Source of the DNA: Daphnia carinata
Taxonomy: Eukaryota
Assembly: GCF_022539665.2 (NCBI RefSeq)
Contig: NC_081331.1
Coordinates: forward strand, 1,984,001 to 2,048,000
Direction of reading: 5' to 3'
Length of the DNA: 64,000 nt
The notes beneath the pieces are model-generated. The model worked only from the letters and a program-made list of their open reading frames with translations, made no database searches and was not told the origin of the DNA. The position numbers and the translations under genes are program-made. Shown in pieces: positions 40,970-55,670 of this stretch (positions are counted from its first letter, which is position 1; each line of letters opens with the position of its first letter).

Positions 40970-42699
40970 ACTTGACTCAACGGCCACTCGATGCGTAATG
41001 TCTATTTGGTACTCTGACAATTTATAGACGCTTGAGAGGCAGCTTCCCTCCCCAAGTTCTTCCTTTCTCAAATCCGGTTTTTTCTTTTTTCTTTTCTTGC
41101 CTAATCATGAGCCATGCATGATACAAGTATGGTGAATGCGGTCTATTTTCATCATGCGCGTTCGTACAGGTTGCGAAATACAATATTCAAATAAAGAAGT
41201 CATTTAAAAGCTTTGGTTACGTGCGTTGTTTTGCGTCGCGTTTCTCTGTTCATTTAGCTGGCCAGATTAGACTTTTCGAAAGGGCATATATACACTGTTG
41301 TCTCTTGGGCATCAGTGAAATCGTTCCTTCAAAAAAGGAATGAATTTTAAAAAGTTGTCCCTCCTTTGAATACCGGAACTTATAGCGGCCATTTGATTAA
41401 GGCGTAGACGGCATTGGGAAATCGTTCTCGAGATGTTTGTGTTTTCTTGTTTTCTTTTTTTTGCGTCAATGCGGTTGGAGAAAGGCGTATTATTTTTAGA
41501 CCGCCATTTACATTTTTTCGGATGACAAGCATACAAATGCAAGGAAAGTAGGGCATGCATTTTGAAATTATCGTGGCAGTTCACGAAAAATAAGCTTTTG
41601 CGATATTGGAATGAATTCTTCCAATCAAGCAGATTGCTTAGTACATCGAGGGAAAATGATAAATGAAATTTCTGACCAACAATAACTAAGGAAATTTTGA
41701 AATTAACTACGCACAGTATATAATCAATCTGCATTAAGCTATCGTGTAAGACAGTCATTGCTTCACAAAAGTTATCGGAACTTCGCGTCGTAGTCATGCT
41801 TCCAGTTCTATAACGTTGATTTACTCCCCATAACTAACCCTATTCATGGCTATATATTGTTTACCCGACAAAAGTCCGAGACCTGTTATCTATTCGCCCA
41901 TCAAAGGGAAAGCATGACACTGCAAATATTGTATATCGCTAAGCAAAACCAGTCGACTCCAGCCACTTGCACTCTTCACGTTCTTCACTGAGCGCTCCAA
42001 AACGTAAAATTAATTCATAAAAATTTCTTTATCAGATACTTTCTTGGCAGCTAAAGATGTAAGCGTATCTAACCTACAAGTAGTTCGCAGTGTGGTCTGG
42101 AGGTATTATGATTCAGAACTGGACTATTTTCTATTTTCCAAAATTCAATTTTTTCATGTTAATTGCAATACTTGCGGTAAAAGGCAAAAGAGCCCCCAAG
42201 CTGATCAGCAAAGGAAATTTAGAAAGTATTTTCTACGCTGGATTGTCATGCACACGTGGGATATATTCAGCGGACGGGGAAATTCCGGCAAAGACGTATT
42301 TGCTTTTATACTTACATAATATTCATATAATTTTACTTAACTATAAGGAGAGAGGTAGTGATAATGGCAATTTAACAATCTTGAAAATATCGTTCCTTCT
42401 GTATGCTTACACAGTCATTCATCTTTGCCTTATTGCTCATGCCTCAAGTTTTTTTTACCATTGTCATGCTCCTAGGGATAAGAAGTTTGATGTAACGATG
42501 GGGTGAGACCTACTTCACAAACTTTCACATTTCAAGGAAAGGACACAAACTGATGCCTATGAAACACTACCGTTGCGGAAGTGGGAACATAAAAAAAAGA
42601 CAGATGGCTCATCTTCTTGCAGACAGACAGAGCGATGCGTCTGAGCTCATAACGAAAGGCGCTCCGTATCAGTAGAGTTCCGGTAGACATCGTGGCAAG

Positions 42700-43679
42700 A
42701 TGGGCTCCATTGTCCAAGGTATTATAGAAGAAAGCAACAGAATATGGAAACTACGAGGTAGGAACCTGTTTATCTTGTCGATTTCGCAACAAGACCGACA
42801 CGTGTTTCAAGTTTTTGACACCAATCGGCTTAAACTTTATTTCGTAGATTTGAGAACGGACGGCTGGCCGCTAACGCATTCACCGATGACTCCAGTGCTC
42901 ATGTCACTTTCTTATCTTTTTATGGTCAAAATTTGGGGTCCAAGGCTCATGGAAAGTCGGAAACCTTTCCAATTGCGGGGTGTACTGATTATCTACAACG
43001 CATTCCAAATCGTTTTCAATGGTTGGATGTTCTGGGAAAGTAACCGAGTGACGTGGTTCAACGGTTATAGCATCATCTGCCAACCTGTGGATTACTCTCA
43101 AAACGAAGATGCCCTTCGCATAATTTTTATCGGCTATTGCCTTTACATCTCGAAGTTGATTGATTTTCTTGATACGCTGTTTTTCATCTTACGTAAGAAG
43201 GACAATCAGATCACTTTCCTTCACGTCTTTCATCACAGCTTTACGCCTCTCTCCGTATGGCTTTGCTTCCGATTCATTGCTGGTGGACAGAGTTGGTAAG
43301 CTTTATTAAAAATTACGATTTCGAAATAAATATAATCTCGAATTTCTTTTAAAGTTTCTTTCTGACGTGCAATACATTGGTACACGTTGTGATGTACTTC
43401 TACTACATGATGGCGGCGATGGGTCCGCAGTTCCAAAAGTACCTATGGTGGAAAAAATACCTTACCGTTTTTCAAATGGTTCAGTTCGTCTTGGTTGGTG
43501 TTCATAGTATACAATTACTCTTCATTGATTGTGACTATCCTAAGGCCTATTCTTGGGGCACTACGTTGCAAGCCGTTATGTATTTCTTCCTCTTCAAAAA
43601 TTATCACACGGGAGCGTACAACAAGCGCCCAACTGAAATTTCTGGATCGTCCCGTATAACTGGGAAAAAACATTTGTAG
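42700..43679 (+). CDS. ELOVL1/7-like elongase, copy B (three exons)
   Basis: Exons 42700-42757, 42848-43295, 43355-43679; KLIDFLDT, LHVFHH, NTLVHVVMYFYY; ends KKHL. Confidence 0.95.
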
Positions 43680-44679
43680 CCTAATATACGTGTCATGAAT
43701 AAATTGTTCCTACACACTGTTATTTAACAGGACAGCAGTAAAAAGGTAAAACGAAGGACAAGCGAGTCTGCTGAACTTCATCACAGCGCTTACTTTGCTC
43801 CGACAACACACTAGGCTATTTATTCTACGAATGCCTGATGAATGACTAAGTATTCTTATGTATTTTTGTAAATAATGCATTATATTTATAAAAGTAGGTT
43901 TTGAAATTGAACTGGGTCATTTCTCTATGATCAGTTAATGGTTCCTCTTTGCCAGCGGATTGATATGGTGTTTTTCTGTTGGTTAACCACAAGCCTAAGG
44001 CACCTACGAGCTGCCGATTCTCGAGTCTACCGAGTTACAAGTCCCGTCGAAATTACTATAGTGGTGCATAGAACAAGATAAAGTATTTCTAGTGTTTGTG
44101 ACATGATCATGTGATTGCGATGGTCTTTCAATGAAAGACAAAATGAAATCTCCACCCTCCCCCCCCCCCAAAAAAAAAAGAAAAATACGCAAAAGAAAAA
44201 GCAAATATACGCCAAACTTCTTTAAATTTTTTGAACAATCAACTTATAATTGACACTATCAAAATGATAAACATCTGTAACGTGCCAACCTGTCGCCTTG
44301 TCACCACGGCCAAAGTTCGTTATAAGAAATTTCTTTTTTTTTAAACTAAATTAAATAATTCTTGTTGAAGAGAAAACTAACCGAACTAGATATTGCATTT
44401 ATTTACACACATCAATGCAAATGTTTACAAATTTCGAGGCGAATTGGGAACATGAAGGCAAGAATGGCCCAAAAATCCCCGACGGTATACGCAGCCCCAC
44501 GATAATCGCTGGTAATCGTATCACGTTTGACTGGAGCTAATAATAGCGGAGCGGAAAGTTTCCTCGAGGCTATGTGAGCACGTAGTAAGAAAAGACGTGA
44601 TTCGAAAGACAACCCTCCACAAAGCGACTTTCTTCCCACTTCAGTTCGCTCGCTTCATCAGCGCTAGTCAGACTCGAGA

Positions 44680-47420
44680 GATGGGTCAAGTGAAGCTGAA
44701 ACAGCCTCTATAGCATCCTGCATCAGGATCCAGGTGCAGTTCTTATGTAGACTTATCAAGAATTCATTACTCAATAGGTAAGACTATTATAGGGTTTCCC
44801 AAATGCTATACAAATGCTCACTCAATAGTAACTTGAATGTTCATCCGTCAGCTAATTATTTTGGTTTTCTTTCTTATAAGCGCTTTGCAAATTATCCTGC
44901 GGACATACTGACTATTGTGGTATTTTGATGTTTACCATTTGATTGCTGTCCGAAACGAGTTCATAACTTTAACGACCGGCAATAATAATATAAGCTTTTA
45001 TAATAGAGCTTGATCGCCCCATCTCGTTTTGTATTACCCATAGGCGCAAAAGTTTTAAGAAGCCTTCACTTGAAATTCAAAATAGATTAGCTAAAGATTC
45101 ATATAGTTCCTTCATCTGAGGTTGTACTGATATTTCTAGATTTACTCACGCGGAAAATAGTTAGAGAAGCTTACCTTGAAAGGACCTAGTCTTTTTTCCT
45201 GTTATTCCTGTCTGTGTTCGTAGATTGGTTTGGCTTTTTTTCATAATACTGAAACCTGTTTTTCCCATTATTTGCCGAACAATTGACTGCCGATAAATGA
45301 ACTGCGGATACCGCCAATTTGAATTCTCATTTTGTTATGTACAGGTTCCGCAATAGGTTTGTTCTCTCGCTCCTCCCATTGACGCTTGTGACGGCAAAAG
45401 ATTATATTAGCTATTTAATACCTCGCCCCAAAGGCACGGTAAAAATGCCAAGGTATTGGCAAATGAAAACGCATAAGCAGCAACCAAGCTATTACAATGC
45501 TTGAAATGACAATATTTGTGAAAACAAGTATCCAAAACGTCTTAGTTGAAAATGGGCTGACTTCCATAACGTTCGATGAGTTTAAATATTATGACAACCA
45601 ATTATGGTTTGTGTAGTTATGACTTACAGTCCTTTGCCAAACTGGAAATGTGCCTTCGAGGTGGCCCTACTTTTTTTTTGATTTTCTGTTAGACGTGATC
45701 TAGAATTGAACGTGACGTTGCAGAGACATTATCTCATAGTGAGTTAACAGTAAGTTATCGCCTGAAGAAATTTCAAATGTATAGCAGGCCCTAATCCAAA
45801 TGACAAGGCTCAGGTGTTTAAAATATCGTTGATTTTAATGCTGAATTCGCACAAAATTCCAATAGAGGTAAGCCTAAGATACAACAATTTTTTATACACC
45901 ATATCTATTGAATGATTCATCCTTTTAAACAGGAGAAAACACTCAAGGCATATAAGACATCCGATGTAATAGTAACGTGCAATAATACGTTCGGGGAAAC
46001 CGACGTAATATGACGTTAAAGAAGTCGCAACTTTGGTGCGGCAGAAGGACCGATAAACTTTTTATAACGTGTTGGCTATGAAATTTTCCAGCCAGGTCAG
46101 GCCAGGTGTGCGTCTTCCCAACAGGAGAAAACCACAAGGTGATTCGGCAGCCATATATATCTTTTCCGTTTATCGTAAAATATTTAAAACATTTTGCTCT
46201 TCAGGTTGATTTAGCAGAAGAGTATTGGCTCCAAGCCAAACTCCTGCATCCAAAAACCAATAGGCACATTTGGTACCAGCATCATGCTTATTTCACATGG
46301 TTTAACCAGATGGAACTATCATCTATGGATCGTACAATTTGTCTTTGTAATACAAATGTGTTGCCGTGCTCATAAAGCAAAAGTTATGGAGAAGACTGTT
46401 CGTTCGGAACTGCGCTCTTTGTCAGCCGCTATTACAAGATATACTGGAATGAAACTCGTAACATATAATCAATTGCGCGATTTATTCATCAATTAAGATT
46501 CGTTTATTTTGGCAGGTAGTAAAACTTATAAGAGCAGTTCGCAATACGAGCTTCAAGCAGTCTCCGCAAGTTTCCGAATAAAAAAGGTAAGGGAATGAAA
46601 GTAATTTTAACCAGTTACGGGAAAAACAGGGTTTTTTTTATTGGGTCAAACAATCAAAGGGACAGCGGTTGATCATTCAATAACCTTATTGTTGTTTCAA
46701 TATTAATTCAGTAGTATATCGACCATGTGAAATTCGTTATTTATATAACTCCCGAAACTTGAATTCCAGTCAGTTCTCACATGCATTCATTGGGCTTACA
46801 CCGCATGTCGAATGGTTGTTGTGGTCACTGCAACCCTTTGTGTCGCACAATGGTTTGCATCGTCACATAAGATTGCTGTTACTGCTCTTGTTGGTAATAT
46901 TCAAAGTAATGGTTTGTCCGGTGAGCATCAACCTCGTAGAGCTATACAGTGATATCCAATACTGCATATCTACATGAATATCTTTTTACAGGTTCTTCGC
47001 CGCAGCACGAATGGCCATCATCGACATTCTTTTCTACCTTCAATTAACACCTGGTATTGATGCGTTTACCATCTTGCCTATACACAACAGACTTGGTGAA
47101 CTGTTATTCAAGAATTTCTACCTGGATGGCTTGGCTATGCCGCCCATGTTGGATGTTATGCTATACTCCGTTGTCTCCTACAGTTTTTGCTTCGACACCT
47201 TCTTCATGGCATTACTCGTTTTCTACAAATTCTTCAAAAGGTAAGCTGTTGAAAATTCGCAGAGCTGATCCAATTATGATTCGTTAACTGTACCTAGAAC
47301 AGCCTTATTATCTTCGGCCGCTTCGAGCTTAAGTGAGTTATTTCCATCGTACTTTTCGTTTCTTGTTAATGTGAGATAGAGTAAACTATCAAATTGCTCC
47401 TTACAGCCATAAAGAGTTTG
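44680..47420 (+). pseudogene. Unresolved spliced locus with hydrophobic coding-like segments; possibly a degenerate multi-pass membrane protein gene or a lncRNA
   Basis: Regularly spaced GT-AG-bounded blocks (donors near 44778, 46587, 47241; acceptors near 44880, 45224, 45931, 46204, 46515, 46991). Block 46992-47240 is open and hydrophobic (...SFCFDTFFMALLVFYKFFK). No continuous stop-free model could be built by eye. Confidence 0.3.
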
Positions 47421-48292
47421 ATCACTAGGGAACGAAAAGTAGCTCAATAAACCTTACTATATAGAAATCCTAAATGGCAAACAATGTTACTCAATTGAGT
47501 CTATGTGCTTCATCTACACTTATTTAGAAAGTAAAATCGTCGGGAAAATAGCCAGATAGTAGTTTGTCCACTTGTTGCGCGTCAATCCAATATCTTTAGT
47601 ACGTCCGAACGTTAGCTTTCAAACAGCTTTCTCACTTAAGCAACTTGAATACTTTCCAATTATTTTCATTCTTTTTGGAAGCTGAGAGAAAGTCGATCAG
47701 TCAAGTCGTATGCCGCAATGCTGTTCATGGCAGCTTTATTTGCATTTCCTGTTTTCAACAAACAGAAGAAAAAAAAAACAAATTTCGCCTCTACGAAAAT
47801 TGGGTTACTTAACTAAAGGATTACACTGAGCTTGCTAACCTACAATAGAAGAGGAACAAGAATTTTGGAGGATCATTATCAGAAAATACGTTGATATTGT
47901 ACACGATTTACTGATCAAAATTTCATTATTTGTTGCTATGTTTATTACCTGTATGATGCGTGGAATCCAGCTCAATCCATAGTCGGTATAAATGACTCAT
48001 ACTTCGTGATCCATTCCAAAACTTTTAGTTGATATGAACCGCAGACAGGTATGCCAAAAGTTGCGTTAAAAACTTTCCGATTTCTAGAATTGTATTTGAA
48101 AACTCGTTTAACTGTCGGAGGGGAAACTCTGAAACGGGAAATGAGTGACGTGATGATGGGAGTATAGTTGAAACGCCGAGGTACATTGGCAAACATTGAA
48201 CATACGCGTTAATATTTAAAATATTGAGAAAAAACGGACACATAAAGAATTCTGAACGTAAAACACGGACGATAAAGTTTTGATATCCCAAT

Positions 48293-49238
48293 TCACTTGA
48301 TTTTTTTTACATCGTTGTTGTTGTTGTTATTGTTGTTGCTATGCTTTGGTTTGTAGGCCCTCGAATGGAAGTTTTTGAATAGTTGGAAGAAAAACACCGT
48401 TTGCACGAGAGCGTACCACGAAAATGCAGTCGGGAAATTACATTCGATGAAGAGCAACTGAAGTCCGTGCAAGCCAACAAGAAAGAACTGGACCATTTGG
48501 AAAACGGTCAAATATTTCTTCCACCACAGATACTTTTGAACTCGCGGACCCATTGCTGACATTAGATAGTAGAAGTACATAACAAAGTGCACAAAACTGT
48601 TAAAGGTGAGAAGGAAGGTAGCTTGGCCACCCGGAATAAAACGGAAGACAATCCATACGGTCAGCGGAATGCTGGCATGGTGGAAAACATGCAGGAAGGT
48701 GATTTGATTATCCTTTTTACGCATGATGAAAAACAAGGTATCAAGAAAATCAATGAATTTAGAAATGTAGAAGCAATAGCCCATCTTAATTAATTCCAGC
48801 GCATCTCTGTTGTCGGAGTAATCCACCGGCTGGCAAATCAAACTGTAACCGTTGAACCACGTTAGACGGCAAATATGGTAGAACATCCAGCCATTGAAAA
48901 CAATTTGGAACGCGTTGTAAACCATTAGTACACCGCGCAACTCAAAGGCTGGCCTGTTTTTCATTAGTTTGGGACCCAATATTTTGACAACGAATAGGTA
49001 AGCCAAGCAAATCAACACCGGCGTTTGCGGATTCTCCGTCAGGAACCATCCATCTGTACGCCTATCTGTTAAGAAACGCAAACTCGTACTCATAAGAAGC
49101 GGGAAAGCAAATATCTTTTAATCATACAAAATATTTTTTCATACATACTGACATTATTACGCAATTAAATTAAATATTACCTCTTTGATCCCAAATACGG
49201 ATGCTCTCGTCAACTACAGTTTGAATAACGGAGGCCAT
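48293..49238 (-). CDS. ELOVL1/7-like elongase, copy C
   Basis: Exons 49181-49238 and 48293-49065; KFIDFLDT, LHVFHH, NSFVHFVMYFYY; poly-Asn tail ending KKIK. Confidence 0.95.
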
Positions 49239-50294
49239 GGTTACACGACAGTAACTGGAAATGAACTGATTTGGATGTCTCGTTGTCCCGATGGTGTCTA
49301 GTCCTCAATGTCTATTCTGCTGTGAGCCATTTTACACACACACCTTCTTGGAGTTTCCGAAGAACCTCCTCTCTTTTTTCCCCTCCATATTTTCGTGAGC
49401 TAGTTTTCTCTCGATTCCTGCTTTTCAATTGTATTCGAATTGTTTCCATAATTTTTTTTCCTCTTAGCATTCTTTGCTAACTAGAGCTGGAGTCAGTTAC
49501 AACGACCTGGAATTAGTTCTTAGAGGTCTATCTTTTCCTACTTGATTGGTTTTCAAACGGTATGTAGCGTGAGCGTGCTATGAAATCATACTTTTCTCTT
49601 TTTGATTTTGGACCCTTGTTCGGAGCTACAAACAGAACGATGCGTGAATTTAATTCATTTAACGTCATTTAAGCCAAGATGAACAAGTTAACTTACTTTT
49701 CTCTTTATTTATTACAACATCAACTGAGTGAAGAATTTAGCTACAGGAGATGGAAAACAAGCCGGAGGAAAAAAAAACAAGATTAAATTTTGTAATGACA
49801 TCAAACGAGTTTTGAGAAAATGGGGCGTCACAACAACATTTCGTTTGCGCTAAATTAACAGTACCTGGCATTATAGTCGGAACTTGTTTTTTGTCTCTGA
49901 CCGAACGGAATGCAAAATTTTGAAGAAAAAAAAAACTCCCGAGAAAACAGGATTGCCAATCAAATGATCGTTCTACATGTAAAAAGAAGACGACCACAAA
50001 AGGATTCGATGATGCTTCTCATTTGGATTTAGGCAGCTTATGTCTGGTTTTAAAGGCTTTGAACTGGATCCAAATGCAACTGAAGTTGGACAGGCCATCC
50101 CCATATGCGAATGTGTGTCATTCTGTTTTGGATTTTAACTGCTATGGGTGGTCAAAAAGCAGGTCGAAATCTATTTTATTTTTATTTTCAGGAAATCAGA
50201 CAATTTGTCTAACCCTTTTTTTATTTTTGGCTTTTAAAATAGTGTTATGACGAGTTTATTTAACGGCGAAAATAATTAACACACAGACAAAACT

Positions 50295-51232
50295 CTACAT
50301 ATATTTCTTGCTGTCGCTGTCATTGTTGTTGTTAGTGATTGCTGACTTTGACGAAGAATGAATTTTCTTATTTTTCTGGTACGTATGTCTATAGAAGTTG
50401 AGAAACATCAGAAGGAAAAACACTTCGTGGAGGCCTATCCAACAGGACATAAGGTATGGAAAATCGCAGTCAACAAAGAGCAATTGGAAACAATGAATGG
50501 ACGCAGTGACGAATTGAACCATCTGAAAAGTGGTAAGGTATTTCTTCCATCCGAGGTATTTTTGAACTTGTGGTCCCATCGCCGCCAAGAAGTAATAGAA
50601 ATACATGACAACATGCACCAGGGAGTTAAGGAATGCGAAAAATGAACCGTGCCCTCCGCAAACGTAACGGATGCCCGGCCACAAAGTCGTAGGAATCCAG
50701 CCGTGGTGGATAATGTGAAGCATCGTGATTTGATTACTTTTCTTGCGGAGAACGAAGAATATCGTGTCGAATAAGTCGACGAATTTTGAAAGGTAGAACA
50801 CGTAACATGCTCTAAGAACCCGATATGCTGATTCGTCATACGAATAATCAACTGGTTGGCAGAAAAAACTGTAATTCCCGCTGAGCCATCCGTAGCGGCT
50901 TAGTTCGTAGAACACCCAGACATTGACGACAATCTGAAAGAAGTTGTAGAACAGTAAAACTCGTCGCAGGTCATACGCTGGCCGGTTTTCCATAAATTTT
51001 GGCCCCAATACTTTGACGATGAAGACGTAAGCCAGGCAAATTGCCATAGCAGGCAATGGAGAGCTCATCAATGGCCAGCCGTCCACTCTCGTATCTAAAA
51101 ATGAACAGGAACCAATTTTTGTTTAAACCAAAAATTGCACAGATCACATAAAAACGATGAAGAAGATTTCACACCTCTCAGTTCCCATAGTTTGTTGGTA
51201 TAAAAGGCGATGGAGTCAACTAGCGCAGCCAT
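50295..51232 (-). CDS. ELOVL1/7-like elongase, copy D
   Basis: Exons 51175-51232 and 50295-51094; KFVDLFDT, LHIIHH, NSLVHVVMYFYY, KYLGWKK; ends KKYM. Confidence 0.95.
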
Positions 51233-52035
51233 TTTTTGGCAAAGCGATTCTCGTTTTTCCTAACTCTCTTGACAAATGTGAAAAGGGGTGCGACTTTCAG
51301 TATGGGGTTTTCATAAGAGAGACTATGACGTGGTGCTCAAGAGCTCCCCAGGATGTGACGGACTATTTCGCGTCGGTTTTCCTGGGTCCTTTATATAGCC
51401 TTCCACCAGTTCTACGAGAACAAGGCAAGATATACCCACTGGTCTGATTTACCTACGCTACACAAAACAGATCATTTGAATGAACCTTTCTCTTCCGCCA
51501 ACCTCAATTAATCCTGTCTAACTAGTTTTCCCGGTTAACTTTCATTGTACCATATAAACTGTACTCAGCACGATTTGAAACGAAAGAAAAAAAGGAAAAA
51601 GGGGGTCGATTTCGGCAGATCCATAGGGGGATTTCAAAATTGTTTGCTTGTGCATTTGTCAGCCACCTGAGCAACCACTGCGCGCTCGTGAACAAGGAAT
51701 TGTTGCTGATTATTTTTTTATGTCTGTTCCTTCTGGCCTGATGCAATGTCTAGTTGTAGGATCTCCGCTTTCACGTTCATGAACAGGTGTTTGGGATTTG
51801 TAAGACTAAACATGTATTTTCGCAATAAACTTTCACGTTCAAAAATTTTGCTAGGTAAACGAAAGTAAAACACCATTTTCGGAAAAAGTTGAGAAAAGCC
51901 ATTCGATAGACACAAGGTGAATTCCTTTTCGTTTTGGCGTTTCGAAATATCACAAGGGATTCACGGAAAATCGACTGACGCTTAAATTTTTTCCAACTTT
52001 ATTCGCATGCCAACGCAGTAGTGTATTTCTGCTAT

Positions 52036-52981
52036 TTAGAGATCTTTGTTTGACATTCGAGTTTTGTTACAAGATGGTGATAGTGTTTCTTTTTCCTTAT
52101 GATAGGCGTTCCTGTAAAAGTTGATAAACAAACCGAGAAAAATCAGTTCATGACCACCAATCCACCAGCAAAACGCGATAGGGAAATCACAGTCGATGAA
52201 CATCAGTTGGAAACAGTGGAACGAAGCCATGATGAATTGAATCATCTGAAAGCTCGTCAAATGTTTCTTCCAGCCGAGATACTTTTGATAGCTTGGTCCC
52301 ATGGCCGCCATAAAGTAGTAGAAGTACATTACGACGTGCACCAACGTGTTGAGAAATGCAAAAAAGGATGCGTGTCCTCCGCAAACGAAGCGCACACCCG
52401 GCCATAATGTCATCGGAAGTATCCCGTGATGGATAACGTGAAGCATGGTGATTTGATTGTTTTTTTTGCGAAGCACAAAGAACAATGTGTCCAATAAATC
52501 GATGAACTTTGAAATGTAAAAGCAATAGCCTGCTCTGACGATTCGCATTGCTGCCTCACTGTTTGAATAATCGACTGGCTGGCAAATAAAACTATAATTT
52601 CCACTGAGCCAACCGAAGCGGCCGAGTTCGTAAAATAACCAGCCATTGAAAATAATCTGAAAGAGGTTGTAAGCCATTAGTATTCCTCGTAGTTTGAAGG
52701 CTGGCCTGTTTTTCATAAACTTCGGACCGCACATTTTTACGGCGTAGACGTAACCTAAGCAGATCATGATGGACGGCAAAGGAGAGCTCATTAACGGTAA
52801 GCCGTCCAGCCGCTTGTCTGTTTACACAAAGAACAATTTTAGTGAGAAGTACTTTAACTGTATTATTTAAAATCACAATAAAGAACAAAGCAATAAAAGA
52901 AGTTTAAATTGTATTTTTACTACCTCTAGATTCCCATAGTCTTTTGCTTTCTAATAAGGCTGCTTGGATGTAGGAAGCCAT
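52036..52981 (-). CDS. ELOVL1/7-like elongase, copy E
   Basis: Exons 52924-52981 and 52036-52817; KFIDLLDT, LHVIHH, NTLVHVVMYFYY, KYLGWKK. Confidence 0.95.
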
Positions 52982-54138
52982 ACCACAGTACAACCTCAGT
53001 CAGCAGTTTACTTCGTTAAACTAAGAACGTGATTTTATTTTTGTTGTTCGTCATTTCCGACTTAGATATGTGATTTCCTCGTTTTCGTATTTTGTCAGTG
53101 TTGGGGAGGGTTGACCTCAAACAAACCGTACCGGATTTCGTACGTGTACCACACCGGAATTAAGTGGTATCGCTCCGGATGCATGTACTCCCCAAATAAT
53201 TATAGTTCTTGTTAGGTACCTATTTGTCACAGCGGTTTGCCGCCCTTCCATAACGGGGATGTCTGAGATAAACTCCACTATATAGAAAAGAACCTTTTCT
53301 GCTAATGAACTAGAACCAATATTTAAAATACAAGAATATTAAGTACAGAAAAGACAAGGATAGAAAATAGAAAAAAACTGGCCAAATAGAGCATTCTATA
53401 AAGCCAGTTTTTTGTTATAAACTAGGGCGTCGAAAATTTCGTATGGGCTACTTTTATCCTAAACCGGCCCTTAGCATAAATTCGATTTCGGCGTTAAATC
53501 CCGATTTGGACTACCTTTTTGCATTTGTATCGTTTGGAGTTCAAAGCTCATATTCAAAATTCAAGTGCAAAAATAGTTTCACCTTTTTTTCTTTCAGAGA
53601 ACAAAGAGAAACTAGGAGCTTGGTATTCTTGTTCGATCGTCCACAATACAGGTCACGGACGTAAACAAATTTTGTCAGAAAAATAGTTTTGCCTTTCTAG
53701 TTTGTAACTAGACTATATCAACTCCTGCTCATCTATCAAAAGTAATCGGCACTGAAACATAGCACCATGAGATTCGTACGCAGAGATCTTTTTAGCAACT
53801 TACTAGGTCACCGAATGAAAAACATTACATCTCGTGGTTAAAAACGAAATGCTGAACCAGCTCTGCCGCAAGCTACACTTGTTGTTTTTTTTTTTGTGAT
53901 GATGCCGTATCCTTTAGCTCTTTAGCGTTGGGGTTATATAATCAAAATAAAATAAATTTTTATCGAAGAGTTACTGCTATAGAAAAACGGAACATGACTT
54001 TTGAGAAGCGGCAAAGCCTTTGCATACGTGAAAGGTAAATGCGAAATGTCAGTGGAGCTCTTTAATTTACCGAGACCTTCTATTTTCTACACAAGTGCCA
54101 ACAGGTATTTTTGTCAGAAGTTTCACGCACTGAATCAT

Positions 54139-55122
54139 TCAGCAAATTTTTAGCCTCACGTTTTTCTTTTTGGATTGGGATGATGACTTCGTTGCTTGCT
54201 GTGGTAAATAAGTTTGTCTGTAGAAATTGATGAAAAGGAAAAAAAAGAGGATTTCGTGACATCCGATCCACCAGCAGAAAACGATGGGGAAATCACAGTC
54301 GATGAATATCAGCTGGAAACAATGGACCGATCCAACAATGAACTGCATTATTTGGAAGCATGTCAGATGCTTTTTCCAGCCGAGGTATTTGCGAACGCTT
54401 GGTCCCATTGCCGCCAAAAAATAGTAGAAGTACATCACAACGTGCACCAACGTATTGAGGAAGGCGAAAAAACAGGCGTGTCCACCGGCCGTGAAACGAA
54501 CTCCCGGCCATATGGTCATGGGAAGTAGTCCATGATGGATGACGTGAAGCATCGTGATTTGATTATTTTTCTTGCGAAGCACAAAGAACAGCGTATCAAA
54601 TAAATCAAGGAACTTTGACATGAAAAACCAATAGCTGGCTCTGAGGATCCGTAGGGCTGCTTCGTTATTCGAGTAATCAACTGGCTGACAAGTGAAGCTG
54701 TAATTCCCGCTGAGCCAGCCGTAACGGCCTAATTCGTAGAATAGCCAGCCGTTGCAAACAATCTGAATTGCGTTGTACACCGCTAAAACTTCTCGAAGGT
54801 TGTAAGCCGGTCGATGATTCATGAACTTGGGGCCCCATATTTTGACGAAGTAGACGTAAGTTAAACATATTACGATTGTTGGAAGAGGGGAGCTCATAAG
54901 CGGCCAGCCATCTATTCGTTTATCTAGGAGAATACGGAGAACGATTAATGGGAAAATTTAAAATTTTCTTTTGGCAAGAATATTTTTTTAACGCAATCCG
55001 GACATGTACGCATCTTATTTTATGAGCCTCCCTGTGGGTAACAGAGCAAATTGACTTTTCATACCTCTTGATTCCCATAATGGCGAATTCTCGAAAATCA
55101 GGGCTTGGAAGAGGAAAGCCAT
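54139..55122 (-). CDS. ELOVL1/7-like elongase, copy F
   Basis: Exons 55065-55122 and 54139-54923; KFLDLFDT, LHVIHH, NTLVHVVMYFYY, KYLGWKK. Confidence 0.95.
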
Positions 55123-55670
55123 TGTGCAGCAAGCGACACGGTTATTCGGAAAACTGACGACGCACGTCGATTATTCACCAGTTTATAGGTGTTGCTGCAT
55201 CGTCGCAAGCCGTGTACAAGGTTAACGAAACGAAAGGTTTCCGCCTCGTCAGGTTCCGTGCATTCTCTCTATGCCAGCCTCAACTTTGACGTAAACATGG
55301 CTTTTATGACAGCCGAATGGTTACGCTGCAGTAGCCTTCATTTGTCTTTCTTCACTCCCACTTGTACATCTAAAGAAAAGAACCGTTGAGCAGCTAACAG
55401 AAAGAAAAGTTCAAATCATAAATTCAATCTCAGCTCATAACCGCTGTGAAATGGTTAGATTGGTAGTTACGAACCTCGTTATGCTCAACAAGTTATGAAA
55501 ACTATTATTCCCATGTGTATGTTTGCTGAGATGATCACAGGGTATATATAGAGGTAATCTGAAATGCTGTGACATAACATAGCTGTCGACAACTTCAAGC
55601 CGGCAGGCTATTTTTCGGGTTCCCTAGTTCACCTACAACTTCGTGTGCAAATCGAAAGTGAAAAAAAATC

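Noticed and set aside
40194..54528. Similar-looking antisense ORFs recurring over each elongase
   Set aside because: Shadow frames of the conserved sense-strand codons, with inconsistent starts and lengths.
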